64,000 nt of DNA, taken from positions 1 through 64,000 of the forward strand of contig NW_021833068.1 of NCBI RefSeq assembly GCF_006345805.1, read 5' to 3'. Made by a program: the position numbers and the translations under genes. Below the pieces are notes generated by a model. The model was not told where the DNA came from, ran no database searches, and saw nothing but the letters and a program-made list of their open reading frames with translations. This DNA is from Octopus sinensis. Lineage: Eukaryota. Of the stretch, positions 24,901-40,800 are shown piece by piece. Each line of letters opens with the position of its first letter. The first letter of the stretch is position 1.

Positions 24901-27900
24901 TGGACTGCTGATGATTGGGCTAAAATTGTTTGGTCCGATGAAAGTAACTTTGATATATGTTCTCCACATTCAATTCCACCACTTTACTAGGCATAATTGA
25001 AGTTCTTACACTTGTACAAATTTTTTTATTTGTTACCAAAAATGATCAGTAATTTTTTGTTATCTTCAGATCTTTGGAAACTCAGGAGCTGTTTATGTTC
25101 ACTGTAAAGTAGGGGAGGTTTATCATCCTGGATGTGTGGTCCCAACAGTCAAATTTGGATTGGGAAGTGCAATTGTTTGGGGTTGCATGTTGTCTTAAGG
25201 CCCTGGAATGTTGTTCACTTGTAAGGGCAGAATGAATGCCCACACTTACACCAACATGTTAGATCAAGTTTATCAACCTTCTTTAGCTAAAATCTTCAAT
25301 GATAACACCCCAGATGGCAAAATCATTCAACAAAATATTTCTGCATGCCACACATCCAGAGTCTCAATGGGTTGGTGAGGAGAAAGGGATGAGGGTGATG
25401 AAATGGCCTCCTTAGTCTCCAGACCTCAATCCCATTGAATATGTGGTGACACTTAGGTGCAAAAATGCTCTTGAAAAAGCGAATTAGAAACCAAAATTCA
25501 TGGAGAGTGGCAGAAAACTGACCCAGCCACTTGTGCCAACTTAGTCTCAAGTATGCAAAAATGCCTAAAAGCAATTATAAAAGCAAAAGGAGGACACATC
25601 AAATACTAATTATTGATGGGATCAACTCTAGAATGTTCATCAGACTGTTTTCAATTATTAAGTAAATGAGTTTCAATCATATTCCCTATTTTATCATAGC
25701 TGCTCTATAATTTTGGCCAAGGTTGTATATATTTATCAACGAGGATTTGTGTGTTTGAGTCACACTGGGAACTCATCTTTTATTTCTATCTCTGTATTGT
25801 ATGCTAGCATCAATACTTTGTTTAAATATAAATACATGTTCACAGTTCAATACTAATTTAGTACTGAATGAAAGAAATTTATTGTTCAATATTCTTATAC
25901 TGAGAGATTCTGTGTATACACCCCAACAAAAGATAACTCCTATCAAACATTAGACTGATGTAATTGTTTGATATCTTCATAATATGATAAATCATGATGA
26001 ATTTGTGCAGTTCAACTTTGTAAAATATGTTGAAACTACCCCTGACATCATTTCCCAATTACAACATTTTTTATACACACCCAGGCTGATTGACTTAACC
26101 GTCAAACTCTGTAAACTTGGTCCTTAAACTCTCAGTTGAGATTTTATCCTTGAATCTCCCACTTTACCAAAGCTGACTCTGATGTTCTTGTAAGTAACAT
26201 TCTCTTTAATTATCAGCTCTCCATGATACTGATAAATCATTAATCACCTCTAATTACTCACAATTGAAAGTAAAAGGTTTACAAATAGAACATTGGGGAT
26301 TTGGTGATATTTCAGTTAGTTACCATTTATCTTATATTATCATTCGTTAGTCTTATGTTGCAAAGCACAGTCCTTTTGAAGTGTGATCAATCTTCTAATT
26401 GGATAAAGACAACGTTTAGTGGATGTAGTGATAGATATACTATCACAAAGAAAGGATCCCATTTATGCCAGGTAAGGGCAGATCTGGGTCTCCACTACAA
26501 TATGAAGTGCATTATTCCATACCAGAAAGTTAATGAGACAACAGACAGATCAAGAAAGAATGTTCTTACCAAATCCACTTATGCTGCGTATGTGTTGTCG
26601 ACATATGGGGCATTGCTTAAATGTCATTTGAGAACAGCAATTCTGACAACAAATAGTATGTCGACATGGATGGAGTGTGACAGTAGCCTTTTTCTCTTGA
26701 CACCACCAACACCTGTGGAACAAAATATTAACACATCCCATCATTAACATTCATTTATAATAAAATATTTCGTTGTGGACATGTTTAGAGTACAGAATAT
26801 TAAGGGTCACAACAGTAACCAGCAAGAGTAAATCATAAATTCTTCTGTAAACAATTACATACAAGCAGGTTTGTGTGTGTACAAGTGTCACATTAACATA
26901 CACATACAAGGGTGGGCTGAAAATATCAAAGGCTGACTAAGGTGCAGCCTTCCAACATGCCATCCCAGTCAAACAGTCCAATCCATGCCAGCATGGACAA
27001 CAGACGTTAAATGATGATGATGATGATGACATACGCATTGTTAGTGTGTGTTTTAGGTTATTTTCACATGAAAGCGTACATGACAACTGACTGAGTCAGA
27101 GAAGAGAGAGAGAAAAAAATTGTTGGTAGACAGATAAATCCTATTTACTTCTAAATAGCAATTTCAAAATGTGTTCGTTCACTTTATTATTTAGTACTAC
27201 ATTTTCATGGAGGTCACCGAACTCTAAAATAGTCAGGGATGGATGGTGAGGTATATCTGTCAACACAAGCAATCATGTGAATGTCATCAAAATAGTGTTT
27301 TTCGTTTGATCCACTAACAACTGTATTTTCTGTTTATTGTTCTTATTATTGTTGTGTGGTCTTAAGGCTGCAAGCTGGCAGAATCATTAGCACACAGAGC
27401 AAAATGCTTTCTGGCATTCTGTCTGCCTTTACATGCTGAGTTCAAATTCAGCTGCGGTTGACTTTACCTTGCTGTTGATAAAATAAGTACCAGTTGAAAA
27501 CTGGGGATGTTGTAATTGACTTATCCCCTCCCTGACCTTGCTGGCCTTGTGCCAGAATTGGAAATCATTATTGTTGTCTTGAGTCAAGACACTAATGACG
27601 GAATAATACATTGGGAGAATTCAAACTAAAGAAACATATAAACATGATTATATACAAAACAGAAAATGTCCTGGTTTATCTTGTCGTTGCCAGTGAATAC
27701 TTACAGTGATTGTAAAAATGTTTTTAATTTTTCTTTCAAATGTTGATTTTCTATGCAGTCCAATGGGGTCACTTTCTCATCATTACGATGGTATAAGCTG
27801 GCTCCATGGCTGGCAAGATAACTCAAAACTACTATTTCAGAGAGCCTCCTATCCTTGTCCAGTTGGAGCTCTCTGCAGCACTGCAAATGATGAAATATAA

Positions 27901-30900
27901 AACGATGAGTAGAATATTACACAAATATATATTGTAGATAAACAAATCATGTCAAATGTAGGAAATGTAATGGAACAAGTATCACAAATAACAGAACACA
28001 ACAAAGCAACAAGAACCTATCTTTACAACAGGCTTGATAAAGCCAACTGGCCAGAACAAAAGAAATATTTATAGAAGAGTATTGTATATATAAATATAAC
28101 ACAACAACATAACAACAATGGCAAGCTACATTTTGTTACACAAAGGCCATTTTAATTACCATGGGGGTCGTGTGATGGTCTATGGTCACTCAAGATTTTC
28201 TGTAATTCCTTGTGGAGATTTTAACTGGTCGCAACAAGAAGTATTTTTTTAACTACATATATACTCCTACTTGAATTTGTTTACCATCTGCAAAACTGCC
28301 ATCAAAACTCAGATTTTTGACATCTTCAGATCTGCATCTATGAAAGCAGTCACCCATATTTTCCTAATGGTAATTTCGATAATCCAAATATTGATTGGGA
28401 AACCTTTCACTGGTCACAAAGTGCAACTCATTTCCATAACAACAAACAATGAACAGAGAACACCAAGAATATAATAATTTCTTCAGACACAGCAACAAAA
28501 CCAACACCAGACAGACATATCCAAGCATATCAATAATGTTTCCAAAATTTATAAAGAAACATTTTTGGCTGATGAAGTGAAGTAAAGATTGGTGTGGTGG
28601 TTGAGGCAACACACCAACACATTATAGTCAAGAAATTATTGAAACTGTTAGTCTGATAGACAATTCCTATAATAATGGGTCGTTGACTGCTAGAGTAGCT
28701 TCTTCTCACCAAAGTAGACATTACAACAATACACAGGTGACCATCAACTGTCTGAAATACATTCACACATCTGTAGTGACCGTTACATATTTGGGAATCA
28801 AAGTGTTGCTTAAATTCTGCAACAACAGACAAAAAACACCATCAAATCTACCAGTGGATAGATGCTGATGTCTTTCAAACAAACAAACAAACACACACAC
28901 ACACACATATATATATATATGCACCTAGAAGTAGTTGATAGCTACTGTTATCTAGGTAATCAAGTCAGTAGTGGAGGTGGATGCGCCAAGAGCATAGCTA
29001 CTAGAATAAGATTAAGCAGGGCAAAGTTCAGAGAGCTTCTATCTTTGTTGGTAACAAAGGGCCTCTATGACTATCTGTCTAATTACATCGTCATACATAC
29101 AATCTCGTGACATCACACTTTTGTGCGCACATCTTAATGTAAATTCATTCTCATCACATCTCTCTTCTTTACAATCATTACAAGGGGTATTACTGTAGTC
29201 AATGTATACACAAACACCAAGCCCTGGCAATATTTGGAACCCTAATTATCAACTTTGAATAAACTCAGTTATATATTCATTATCATACTGATAAAAGAAA
29301 CTTTCCTCGAAGTCCATAAATATATTTTCTTTAAATTTAATTGTCCATAAACGAATTTATTTTCCTTTCCTTTCTTTGAAAAAGAATAATGCAATATGCT
29401 TTCTCGCAATTAACACAGTTCAACTCGTTTAACTTGAAATTCGATATTTAAAATAGTTTGTGAATTTCTCTTTCTTAAATTTAAAGACTTATCTCTGTCG
29501 TTGGTCACCTCTCCTTCATACAGTGATGGCAGTGTTTACATGACACATATTTAAGACAGGTTACCTTCTTTACAGTGGAGTGGCCATGCTTTTGAAGGTG
29601 AAAGAAGATGGAATATTGTTAGTTACATAATACAACTAGTGCTATCAGGAGAAACTGGATTATTTAATACTAAAGGAAGAGAAGTGGATGGGAGTGAAAG
29701 AAAATAGCAAACAATGTCTGCCTGTTTCTCTATTTCTCTCTCTTTCTCTCACTCACACATACACACATCCTCCTCATCATCATTTTACATTCGTTTTCTA
29801 TGCTGGCATAGGTCGGATGGTTTGGGAGGAGTTGGTCGGCCACAGAGCTGCTCAGGCACCAATTGCCAGTTTTGGCATGGTTTCTACGGTTACATGCCCT
29901 TCCTAATGCCAACCACACACACACATTCACAAACAATTTTAAAAACTTACCTCATCTAAAATAGGAATGCGTTTCACCTCAGAATGAAATTCCTCTTTCT
30001 CTGCTGCAATATGCAAACAATTATTGCCATCCTTGTCAACGGCATTCATCTTTGCACCGCACGTGATGATTTCATGGACTATTCCGATGTGGGCTGCATA
30101 CACGGCTTCCAGTAAGGGTGTTCTTTTATCATCGTTCTCAATATCCAGTTTCACTGAATCCTTTGTGGAAGTAAAAATAGAAATTGAAAATGTACATGAA
30201 AATTAGGGTGGATGTGACATTGCTGTCTTCTACTGGGTACTTGATCAACCTGATCATGTACATTTGATGTTTGTTAGTGTAGTCAACCTTCTGTAAGGTC
30301 CCTCTATAACACGCTATGGATATTTGTTAGGGACATGATAAATCTATTAAGATGTCATAAACAGATTGTTTCAGCCTCATCTTCATTTATCCCTCACTAT
30401 ATAGTATGTTTTAGGGGACTAGAACAAGAGTGAAAATATAATTAGCAGATCAAGTCTAGTAAAGACGAATTATATACTTAATGTAAGCCTTTCATGTTGC
30501 TATGTTAATAAGGGATCCATAAAACGGGGGAGTTGGTTAGTGTCCACATCCTTACATCACTGTACATACAGATGCATAAATATATTAACGTTATGGATGT
30601 AACACGCACACACACACATATATATACACACACATATATATACACACACACATATATATATACACACACACATTCATATAACAATCAAAATTGCCACTGA
30701 ATATATATATATATAATATATATGCATATTTACATAAATATATGTACATACCTACATATATATATATGTATATAGATATATACATGCATATATGGGTACA
30801 AGACATAAAAAAATGAGCACAATGAGAAACGAAAACATAGAAATGAACTTTTCTTCGAACAACTAAAAAAAACAAACAGATCTCTTGGATCCACTTTAGA

Positions 30901-33140
30901 CAGCCTCTCCTTCTCTCACGCGTTCTCTACATTTAGGAGCCTTTCATAGTGGCACTTCCAAGCCTATTTCTTTGCAGAGTCACTAACTGCAAGGGAGCCA
31001 TCATCCATGTGAACACACTTCTCTCCCACAACATCACAATTTTCCTTGGCAAGCCAAAACACTTCAAATCTCTGCTCCTCACATTGCAAGACACTGGCAA
31101 ACTTCTTCCTTTCTGCTTCACTCATGGCTGAGTATACCTGCTTCCTAGCTTCCTTTCTAACTGCCAGATACAACTCCCAGCTGCCACCACCCTTCCCATC
31201 CTTGTCCCTGTCAATTACCCTTTTCCACCACCACATCACCCTATGCCTGGCTGGGACATTGCACCAGCCACAAATTTGGTCTGAAACTCTCAGCAAGTTG
31301 TCCCATTGGAACTTCCACTTATCCTCAATGCTGCAAGTCTGAAATTCCTCCTCCTTCCCATTATATGCTTCATTTAGGACATCACTAAACTTCTGACTAA
31401 TTGAAGGTTCCTTCAGCTTCCATACTCTTCTTTTCCAAACTGGCTTGCTTCTTGGAATCCTTCAAGCCAGTAGCTTGAACTCCCTAATGAGTAACCTATG
31501 CTGTGGGCTACATTCTTCTCTATTGAAGGCCTTTGCATTTATGAGCAGACATGAATCCTGCTTTTGGGTGAGAATGTAGTCAGTTTGGTGAGCATGTACC
31601 TTGGATTTATAGGTTATCAAGTGGCTGGCCAGCTTTCTGAAGCAAGTGTTGCGATTATTTGGTCATTTGCACCACAGAACTCCAGTAGCCTTGCACTCCC
31701 CTCATTTCAGGAACCAAATCTGCGTCCCCCATGGAAGATACCTCGGTGCTGCCCAACATATCCATTGAAATCACTGGCCACGAAGATAAGGTCACAGTCA
31801 TTTATCTTTGAAGTGGCCAGCAGAAGAGTGTCATAGAAGTAGCCCTTCAGTTGATTTGGCAGACCCAGTTGTCTGTGTGTGTGTGGGGAGGAGCGCATAG
31901 GACGAGATGATTGTTGCTGTGCCTACATTGACTGCAGCTATCAGCATCTGAAAAGGTTGTTTATGGACACCTGTAAATAGGAGTTAATCAGGTATTGTCA
32001 CCACCAGCAGTGGAGGGTGCCGCATCCTGGCATTCATGCAATGCAATGTTAATACAAATACAGGTAAATAAGGTAGGTAGACAAATACAGTAAGGGTAGT
32101 TAATCCGTTGAATTAGGTAGGGAGAGGAGAAGGGAAGTTGATTCATCATGTATTGATGGTAATGGATTAACGAAGCAATAGGGACTGAGTGCAGCGTACC
32201 CTCATTTAGCTTTGTTGCTGGGGACAAGGACTTTTAACTTTTCTCTGTTGCATAATCTCAGCATGCAATGTGTCTGGTACGAATAACTCTGTGTGTACAT
32301 AAACATATACATACATATATATATATAAATATATATTGACCGTCCAACCCATGCTAGCATGGAAAATGGACGCTAAACGATGATGATGATGATGATGATA
32401 TATATATATATAATACACACATACATAGACATTTATACATATGTACAGAGGGGAAAAAGTAGCCAAAAGAAGCCAAATAAATTATTGGACACAAGATAAA
32501 ATGCCGACACCAACAATGTACATATATAACATATCACACACACATACAACATGACAGAGCGATATTAAAAGATGATGATGATGATGATGATAGTATATAT
32601 AATCTGATATATATGGGTTGAATTCATAATGACCTTGTTTTGTCTGACCATTGAAGATAGTACTGTCAGCAGTGGTGGTCAGTTGGACTATCAACACCAC
32701 TACTACTGTCATCATTGTTATCACCAATATAATTATTCTTCACAGACCCAAGACCTGCCGTTTAAAGGCTGCTGCAGTGAAGTTGATTAAACCCACCCAG
32801 CAGAATTTCACTGGTATTTTGATGATATTAATATTGAATATTAAAGACAGGATATAATTATGTATTTGTTAACTAACCTGGGCCAGCATTGAAGCCACCA
32901 CATCATAGTGTTGACTGAAAGTTATAGAAAGAGGAAAGGAAAAAAATAATTATAATCAGATTAATTAAAACAAATGTAATTGGGTCATTACAACCTAATT
33001 ACATCAATAATTACTTACACACATATACATATTATACATGTGTGTATGTATGTATATATATATATATATATATATGTATACACACACATACATACATATA
33101 TATACACATACATACATACATATATATATATTATATATAT

Positions 33141-33181
<41 letters not shown>

Positions 33182-33528
33182 TATATATATATACACACAT
33201 ACATACATATATATATATATACACACATACATACATATATATACACACATACATACATATATATACACACATACATACATATATATATATACACACATAC
33301 ATACATATATATATACACACATACATACATATATATACACACATACATACATATATATACACACATACATACATACATATATATATATATATACACACAT
33401 ACATACATACATATATATATACACATACATACATATATATATATACACACATACATACATATATACACATACATACATATATACACACATACATACATAC
33501 ATATATACACATACATACATATATACAC

Positions 33529-33559
<31 letters not shown>

Positions 33560-33612
33560 CATACATACATACATATACATATATATATATATACATACAT
33601 ACATACATATAC

Positions 33613-33666
<54 letters not shown>

Positions 33667-33681
33667 TACATACACAAATAC

Positions 33682-33728
<47 letters not shown>

Positions 33729-34734
33729 AAATAAGAAAATGGAGAAATACACCTTAATCAATAATCAACTACCAGATAATACCCAATCACATAATTTATT
33801 AACCAACTACATATGAACATCAAGGTCAAACATAATAGTACGGAACAAAACAATGCACATCAATGAGTAATATGATACAATAAGTAAAGGAACCGAAACA
33901 TGTAAAATTCATAAGAAAATTAAAATTTATCTAATATAGTAGCGTTTTCAAACCTCTTTTTTACAAATATATATACATATATAAACAAATACATATATCC
34001 GAAAACAACCACGCACACATATATGTATATATATACATACACATACATACTGTTAACTAAAATAGTATTAAGAATCATTAAAATTAAGATAATATTAATT
34101 GTTAATACAACGAAAGGGGTTGGAAGGGTAATTCGTAATATACAAAAAAGAGGGGCCTAAAAGGGTAGAAAAAGGTAAGGGTTAATAAAAGGCAAAGGTT
34201 GGGAAATATTGAGATAAAATTTACAAGAAGGGTATAAACTCAAAACACAGATTTACCATAACCAGTGTAAAGAAGATGTAGGTTATTTGCATAAGATACA
34301 TAATTAAAAATTACACCACATATTCCGTAAACAATCAGAAGACTAGGAAACCGTCCAGATATCAACACTTGTAAATTTTATCTGAATATTTTCCAACAGT
34401 AATCAGACACAAGAACAGGAGTAAAGAGGGGGACAATCTATTAAATGAACCCCTGGATATTACTGGTACAGATTTTGAGCCCAGGAGTTGAACTTGGAAC
34501 ACAAACGGATCAAAGTAAGGGGATGATTCTGCATTTAGCCCAAGGCCAGAGGAAAGAGGATAATTTCAAGAGAAGGTGGGGGGTGAGGTGTTTTACATGG
34601 AATGAAAGGAAGAAGGGAGAGGATTTGAACCTGTAACGTTGAGGTAACGAAGGATGAGATGAAGTAAAGAATCCAGTCAGGTAACAACAACAACAACAAT
34701 AATTATGATGATTAATTAATGAAGTTAGATTACA

Positions 34735-34771
<37 letters not shown>

Positions 34772-37077
34772 GAAGCATGACGACCCATGGTGGGATTATG
34801 ACATGAATGACTCGAAACAAGAAAACAAACATTAAAGAAACAGATTTGGATAATCCAAATCCATTGGGGACTTACTTTCGAACTGCCAGATGTAGAGGGG
34901 TGTCACCCTCGAGGTTCACCTTATTGATATCGATGCCTTTCTGTTTCAGGAGAAGTTCAACAACTTCCGTGCGTTCACGAGTAGAGGCAAGATGTAGAGG
35001 GGTGTTACCTTGCTTGGTCACAGCATTAACATCCGTGCCATTCTGTTGCAGGAGAAGTTCAACAACGTCCTTGCTTCCATTGCGACAGGCAAGATGGAGA
35101 GCTGTCTGACCATCTTCCTTCACAGCTTTAACATCCGTGTCTTTATCTTGCAGGAGAAGTTCAACAACGTCCTTGCTTCCATAGCGACAGGCAACATGGA
35201 GAGCTGTCCAACCATTTTCCATCACAGCTTTAACATCCGTGCCATTCTGTTGCAGGAGAAGTTCAACAACGTCCTTGCTTCCATTGCGACAGGCAAGATG
35301 GAGAGCTGTCCAACCTTTGTTCTCCACAGCATTAACATCCGTGTCTTTATGTTTCAGGAGAAGTTCAACAACGTCCTTTCTTCCATAGCGACAGGCATCA
35401 TGCAGAGCTGTCGAACCCAATTTATTTTTCTGATTAACCTAAAAAAGATAAAAAATAAAGACATTAAAGATGGTGTTTATTGGGGGAAGAAGGAAAGAAA
35501 ATGAAAAATGTCAGAGAAACAGAATCAGATTAATTTAAACAGGTGGAATGAAGGTGGGGGGAAAATAAATGAGATTTATAATGTATCTATACACACACAC
35601 ATCTGTGTATGCATATATATATATATATACACTCTCGCACATACATATATACATAAATACCTATATATACATACGTGTTTTATATCTTCACTGATCATTT
35701 GTTTATGCATTTTTGTGTATATATGCGTTTATGTGTGTGTATATTTGTGTATGTATGTACAGGTCTGTGTGAGCTGAAGAAAAGTTTTTAATTAAAAAAA
35801 TATAAATATAAACTGTTTCATATACATATAACACAAACCAACATACATATCTTTATACACACACACACATATATATATATATATTCGCTGACCTGTAAAT
35901 TGTTATTTTCTTTGCTATTTAACAGGACTTTGACTACATCTTCATAGTTATTCCCCACAGCCCAATGTAGAGGTGTGTTGCCAAATGAGTCCTGCTTATT
36001 AACATTTGCTCCACTGGAGACTAAGAAGGCCACAACATCAGTTTTGTGGCTGAAAGGAAGAAAAACAAACATAAAACATCACATTCACTTAATAATTACA
36101 TTAAATATACACTCGTGTTCCATTAAATGCATAAAAACCTATGTATACTACAGCCTCGTGTGTGTATATATATAAATATATATGCAAATATGTATGTATG
36201 TAGAGGCAAACCTACACAAATGTGCCCCAGGCGAATGTTTCCTTGTAACTTCTAGAAAAATGGATGTTTTTCAATGAATTTTCTTTCACAAATATCCTTC
36301 AGATGGCAAATATTCCAATTATATCGGAATTTGTTGTGAGAAAAAACTTTTCGGTGGGTGGAGAGAGAAATTTAGTAAAGTTCAACCGAGTCGGCTTTCT
36401 TTCCAAAAAAATAGATATTTTCAAATGAAATTTTCAATAAAACCGTTTCAGATGGTGAAGATTTCGATTATATCGGAATTTAATATGAAGAAAATTATAA
36501 AAGTTGGTGGATTCGCACAGATATACACTAACACAAAACAGAAAATAAGAAGATGAACTTTGGGAAAATAACCGTGATGTGTGTCAGTATGTATGTGTGC
36601 GAAACCATAAAATTTTTAAAGTTTTTTCATGTTAAATTCCGATATAATCCTAATCTACACCATTTGAAAGGGATTTGTAGAAATTTTCACAGAAACAAAA
36701 TATCCACTTTTCTGAAAGTTATAGAAAAACAAAACGGATTTGGGTGAATTTTGAGAAAGTCAACTCCTCAACGTTTGTTGAAAATTTGTTTTTACAACAA
36801 TTCCGATATAATTGGAATCTTCATCATCTGAAGCATTTTTGTCAAAGAAATTTCATTAAAAAATATCCATTTGTCTCAAAGTTATAAGGAAACAAATTCG
36901 TCGTGGGGCCCAGTTGTGTACGTATGCCTATACATATGCACGCATATATATATTTATATGATCTCGAGTATCGAGTACCTACGTCTGGCTAGCGCGCACG
37001 CGCGAATCCGCGTGTGCGCGACCGGGACCACTCTGCGATAATGTCAAAGTCAATAATATTATACAGGTGTATATGTG

Positions 37078-37108
<31 letters not shown>

Positions 37109-37774
37109 GCATGTATGTGTATGTATGTATATATATATGTATGTATATAGAGAGACAGACAGACAGAGAAATATGAGCCACTGAAATACGTATAATCGTT
37201 AATACACAGTAAACAAATGTGTACGTGGGTACTTGTCTATTGTCGTGGTCCCGGTTACGCACGCGCGAATTCGCGCCAGACGTAGGTGCCTGTCGTGGGA
37301 TGAGGTTCGATATCAACTTCGCTTGCCTCAACAGGTCTTTGTGTATAAATGTATAAATTTTTCGCACTAAATTCTTTCCGTAGAATTTATCAAAAAACGC
37401 GCAAAATTATTCCGTAGAATTTATCAAATTAAAAAACGCAAAATTAATATATTTTTTGAAATTGCAAATTATTTAGAATATAAAACAAATGAAGTTAAAT
37501 TTTAAAAATAAATGTCATATACTTATACTCTGTAAGGTGCTGTGTTCACACTTCAATTTACTATTTTCTAGAAATGTTGCCTTTCTAATTGAAACAATTT
37601 TCTCAATCTCCATTTAAAAGTCCATAATGCCTCTTGAGCCATATCAAAATGAACAATTTGAATACGCGGCGGCGGTGGTGGTGGTGGTGGTTGTGTGAGG
37701 TTCTAATTTTTTCTGATCTCTCTTTGCCCCCCTAGATGGAGTTGTGGTGGGGAGACAGATGAAAGATGTTTCAT

Positions 37775-37813
<39 letters not shown>

Positions 37814-40800
37814 CCTACACGATATAGTCTATAAATTTGGGAGTTTTTGAAAGATATATATTTTGTCATCAGATATATATACTTTCTCACACTACAATTA
37901 AGATATATTTATTTTAAATCGTTCATCTTTTCCCGCGACAACAAAAATTGGGCGCGAAAATTTTTCTAAATATTAGCGGAATGAACAACTGAGATAAAGA
38001 GGGGGCAAAGAGAGATCAGAAAAAAAAATTAGAACCTCACACCACCACCACCACCGCCGCCGCCGCGTAATTCAAAGTTGTTCATTTTGATATGGCTCAA
38101 GAGGCATTATGGACTTTTAAATGGAGATTGAGAAAAATTGTTTCAATTAGAAAGGCAACATTTCTAGAAAATAGTAAATTGAAGTGTGAACACAGCACCT
38201 TACAGAGTATAAGTATATGACATTTATTTTTAAAATTTAACTTCATTTGTTTTATATTCTAAATAATTTGCAATTTCAAAAAATATATTAATTTTGCGTT
38301 TTTTAATTTGATAAATTCTACGGAATAATTTTGCGCGTTTTTTGATAAATTCTACGGAAAGAATTTAGTGCGAAAAATTTATACATTTATACACAAAGAC
38401 CTGTTGAGGCAAGCGAAGTTGATATCGAACCTCATCCCACGACAGGCACCCACGCCAACCCCCTTTGCTTGCGAAGACATGTTGGGGCAAGTGTGGCACC
38501 CGGCAAATGCCAGGACCCCTGGACTGGTGGTACGTAAAAAGCACTATCCGAATCGTGGCCGATGCCAGAGCCGCCTCGACTGGCACCAATCCGACCGTGG
38601 CCGTTGCCAGCCTCTCCTGGCACCTGTGCGGGTGGCATGTAAAAAGCACCCACTACACTCTCGGAGAGTGGTTGGCGTAGGTTAGGAAGGGATCCAGTTG
38701 TAGAAACATTGCCAGATAAGACTGGAGTCTGGTGCAGCCTTCTGGCTTCCCAGATCCCCGGTCGAACCGTCCAACCATGCTGGCTGGAGAACGGACGTTA
38801 AACGATGATGATGATGAGAAGAAATTAATTCATTAAGTTTACAAATTAATACTCTTACTCTTTCTCTTTTACTTGTTTCAGTCATTTGACTGCGGCCATG
38901 CTGGAGCACCGCCTTTTAGTACTTATTCTATCGGTCTCTTTTGCCGAACCGCTAATAACGGGGACATAAGCACACCAGCATGGTTGGCAATGCTAGGGGG
39001 ACAAACACAAACACACACATACAAATATATATATATATATATATACGACAGGCTTCTTCAGTTTCCGTCTACCAAATCCACTCACAAGGCTTTGGTGGCC
39101 CGGGGCTACAGTAGAAGACACTTGCCCAAGATTGCCACGCAGTGGGACTGAAACCCGGAACCATGTGGCAGGAGACAAGCTACTTACCACACAGCCACTC
39201 CTCGCGCTGTAAAAAAAAAAGTTTCACAAATTATATACATTCGCGTTTGTGTAAAAAATTATTAACCAAGTTTATAAATTATTATTTGTTCAAAAATATT
39301 ATTAATATTAATTAATTTTCAAGAATTATTTAATTTATATAATTAATTCATTAATTTTATTCTGTAAAATAGTAATTAATTCATTTATCTGTAAATCCGC
39401 GAGGAAAGCGACTATGTAATTTTTTTGTGTAAAATTGAAAATGTTATATATACACACCACACACACACACATATATATTTTTAGTGAAATCCAACACCTT
39501 TTTTTTTAGGGGGGGGGGGGTAACGCGCATGCGCGAATTCTGCACTGTGCATGCGCAAGTCACCTCGTAGGATCTCGAGTATCGAGCACCTACGTCTGGC
39601 GCGCGCGCGCGCGAATTCGCGTGTGAGAAACCGGGACCACGACAATAGACAAGTACCAATATTTATATATATATGTGTGTGTGTGTATATATGTTAAACT
39701 CCAGTGTTTGACTCGAGCAAAAAAAAATTGTGCAATAGGTGTAAAATAAAATGTAAAACGAATATGTAAAAAAAAAATACACTCTGGCGAACGAGGGGCG
39801 GTGGAGACGACTCGAAAAATTCACACGATCAATCTCACAGGATCCGAAAACTACATGTTGTTTTACACCTATTACACTTTTTGTTTTCATTTTTGGGACC
39901 GGTTGTCGAGTGGGGTTACCGGATCGTGTGAATCATCCGAGTCCGCACCCCAGATATACACTGACACAAAACAGAAAATAAAAAGATGAACTTTGGGAAA
40001 ATAACCGTGATGTGTGTCAGTATGTATGTGTGCGAAACCATCAAATTTTTAAAGTTTTTTCATGTTAAATTCCGATATAATCCTAATCTACACCATTTGA
40101 AAGGTGTTTATGGTGGAAAAAATATTAGGTGGAAAAAATCAACAGCATAATATAGTGAAATAGCAACATAATAACAATAACAACAATAATAATACAGTAC
40201 AATGCAAAACATTATAGATCAGCAAATACATATAAATGAAAAATATTGATTGACATCAGCAAAATCCAGAAGTGTACATGCATATAAGGGCATACAAGTC
40301 AGACTTTTGACGGTGATATATATTAAGTGGTAAGTTAGAAATGATTTAAGATTGAAAGCTCAATAGGATTGACTGGAACATTTGAATTTCAATTGTCTCC
40401 GTTACGGTTGGTTTATTAAGATACACTTACATACATACACACGTATATGTGCGCTTATACATATATACAAGATAAACCAAAAAGACAGAAAATACAAGCT
40501 TACATACACACATACATACATAACTACGTACGTATAGATCCATATATATATATATATATATATATATAAACAAATACATATACCCGAAAACAACCACGCA
40601 CACATATATGTATATATACATACACATACATACTGTTAACTAAAATAGTATTAAGAATCATTAAAATTAAGATAATATTAATTGTTAATACAACGAAAGG
40701 GGTTGGAAGGGTAATTCGTAATATACAAAAAAGAGGGCCTAAAAGGGTAGAAAAAGGTAAGGGTTAATAAAAGGCAAAGGTTGGAAATATTGAGATAAAA

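Noticed and set aside
31990-32240. HDV-like ribozyme at the 5' end of the RTE remnant
   Set aside because: Only a gctaa-like motif is visible; I could not build the nested double pseudoknot
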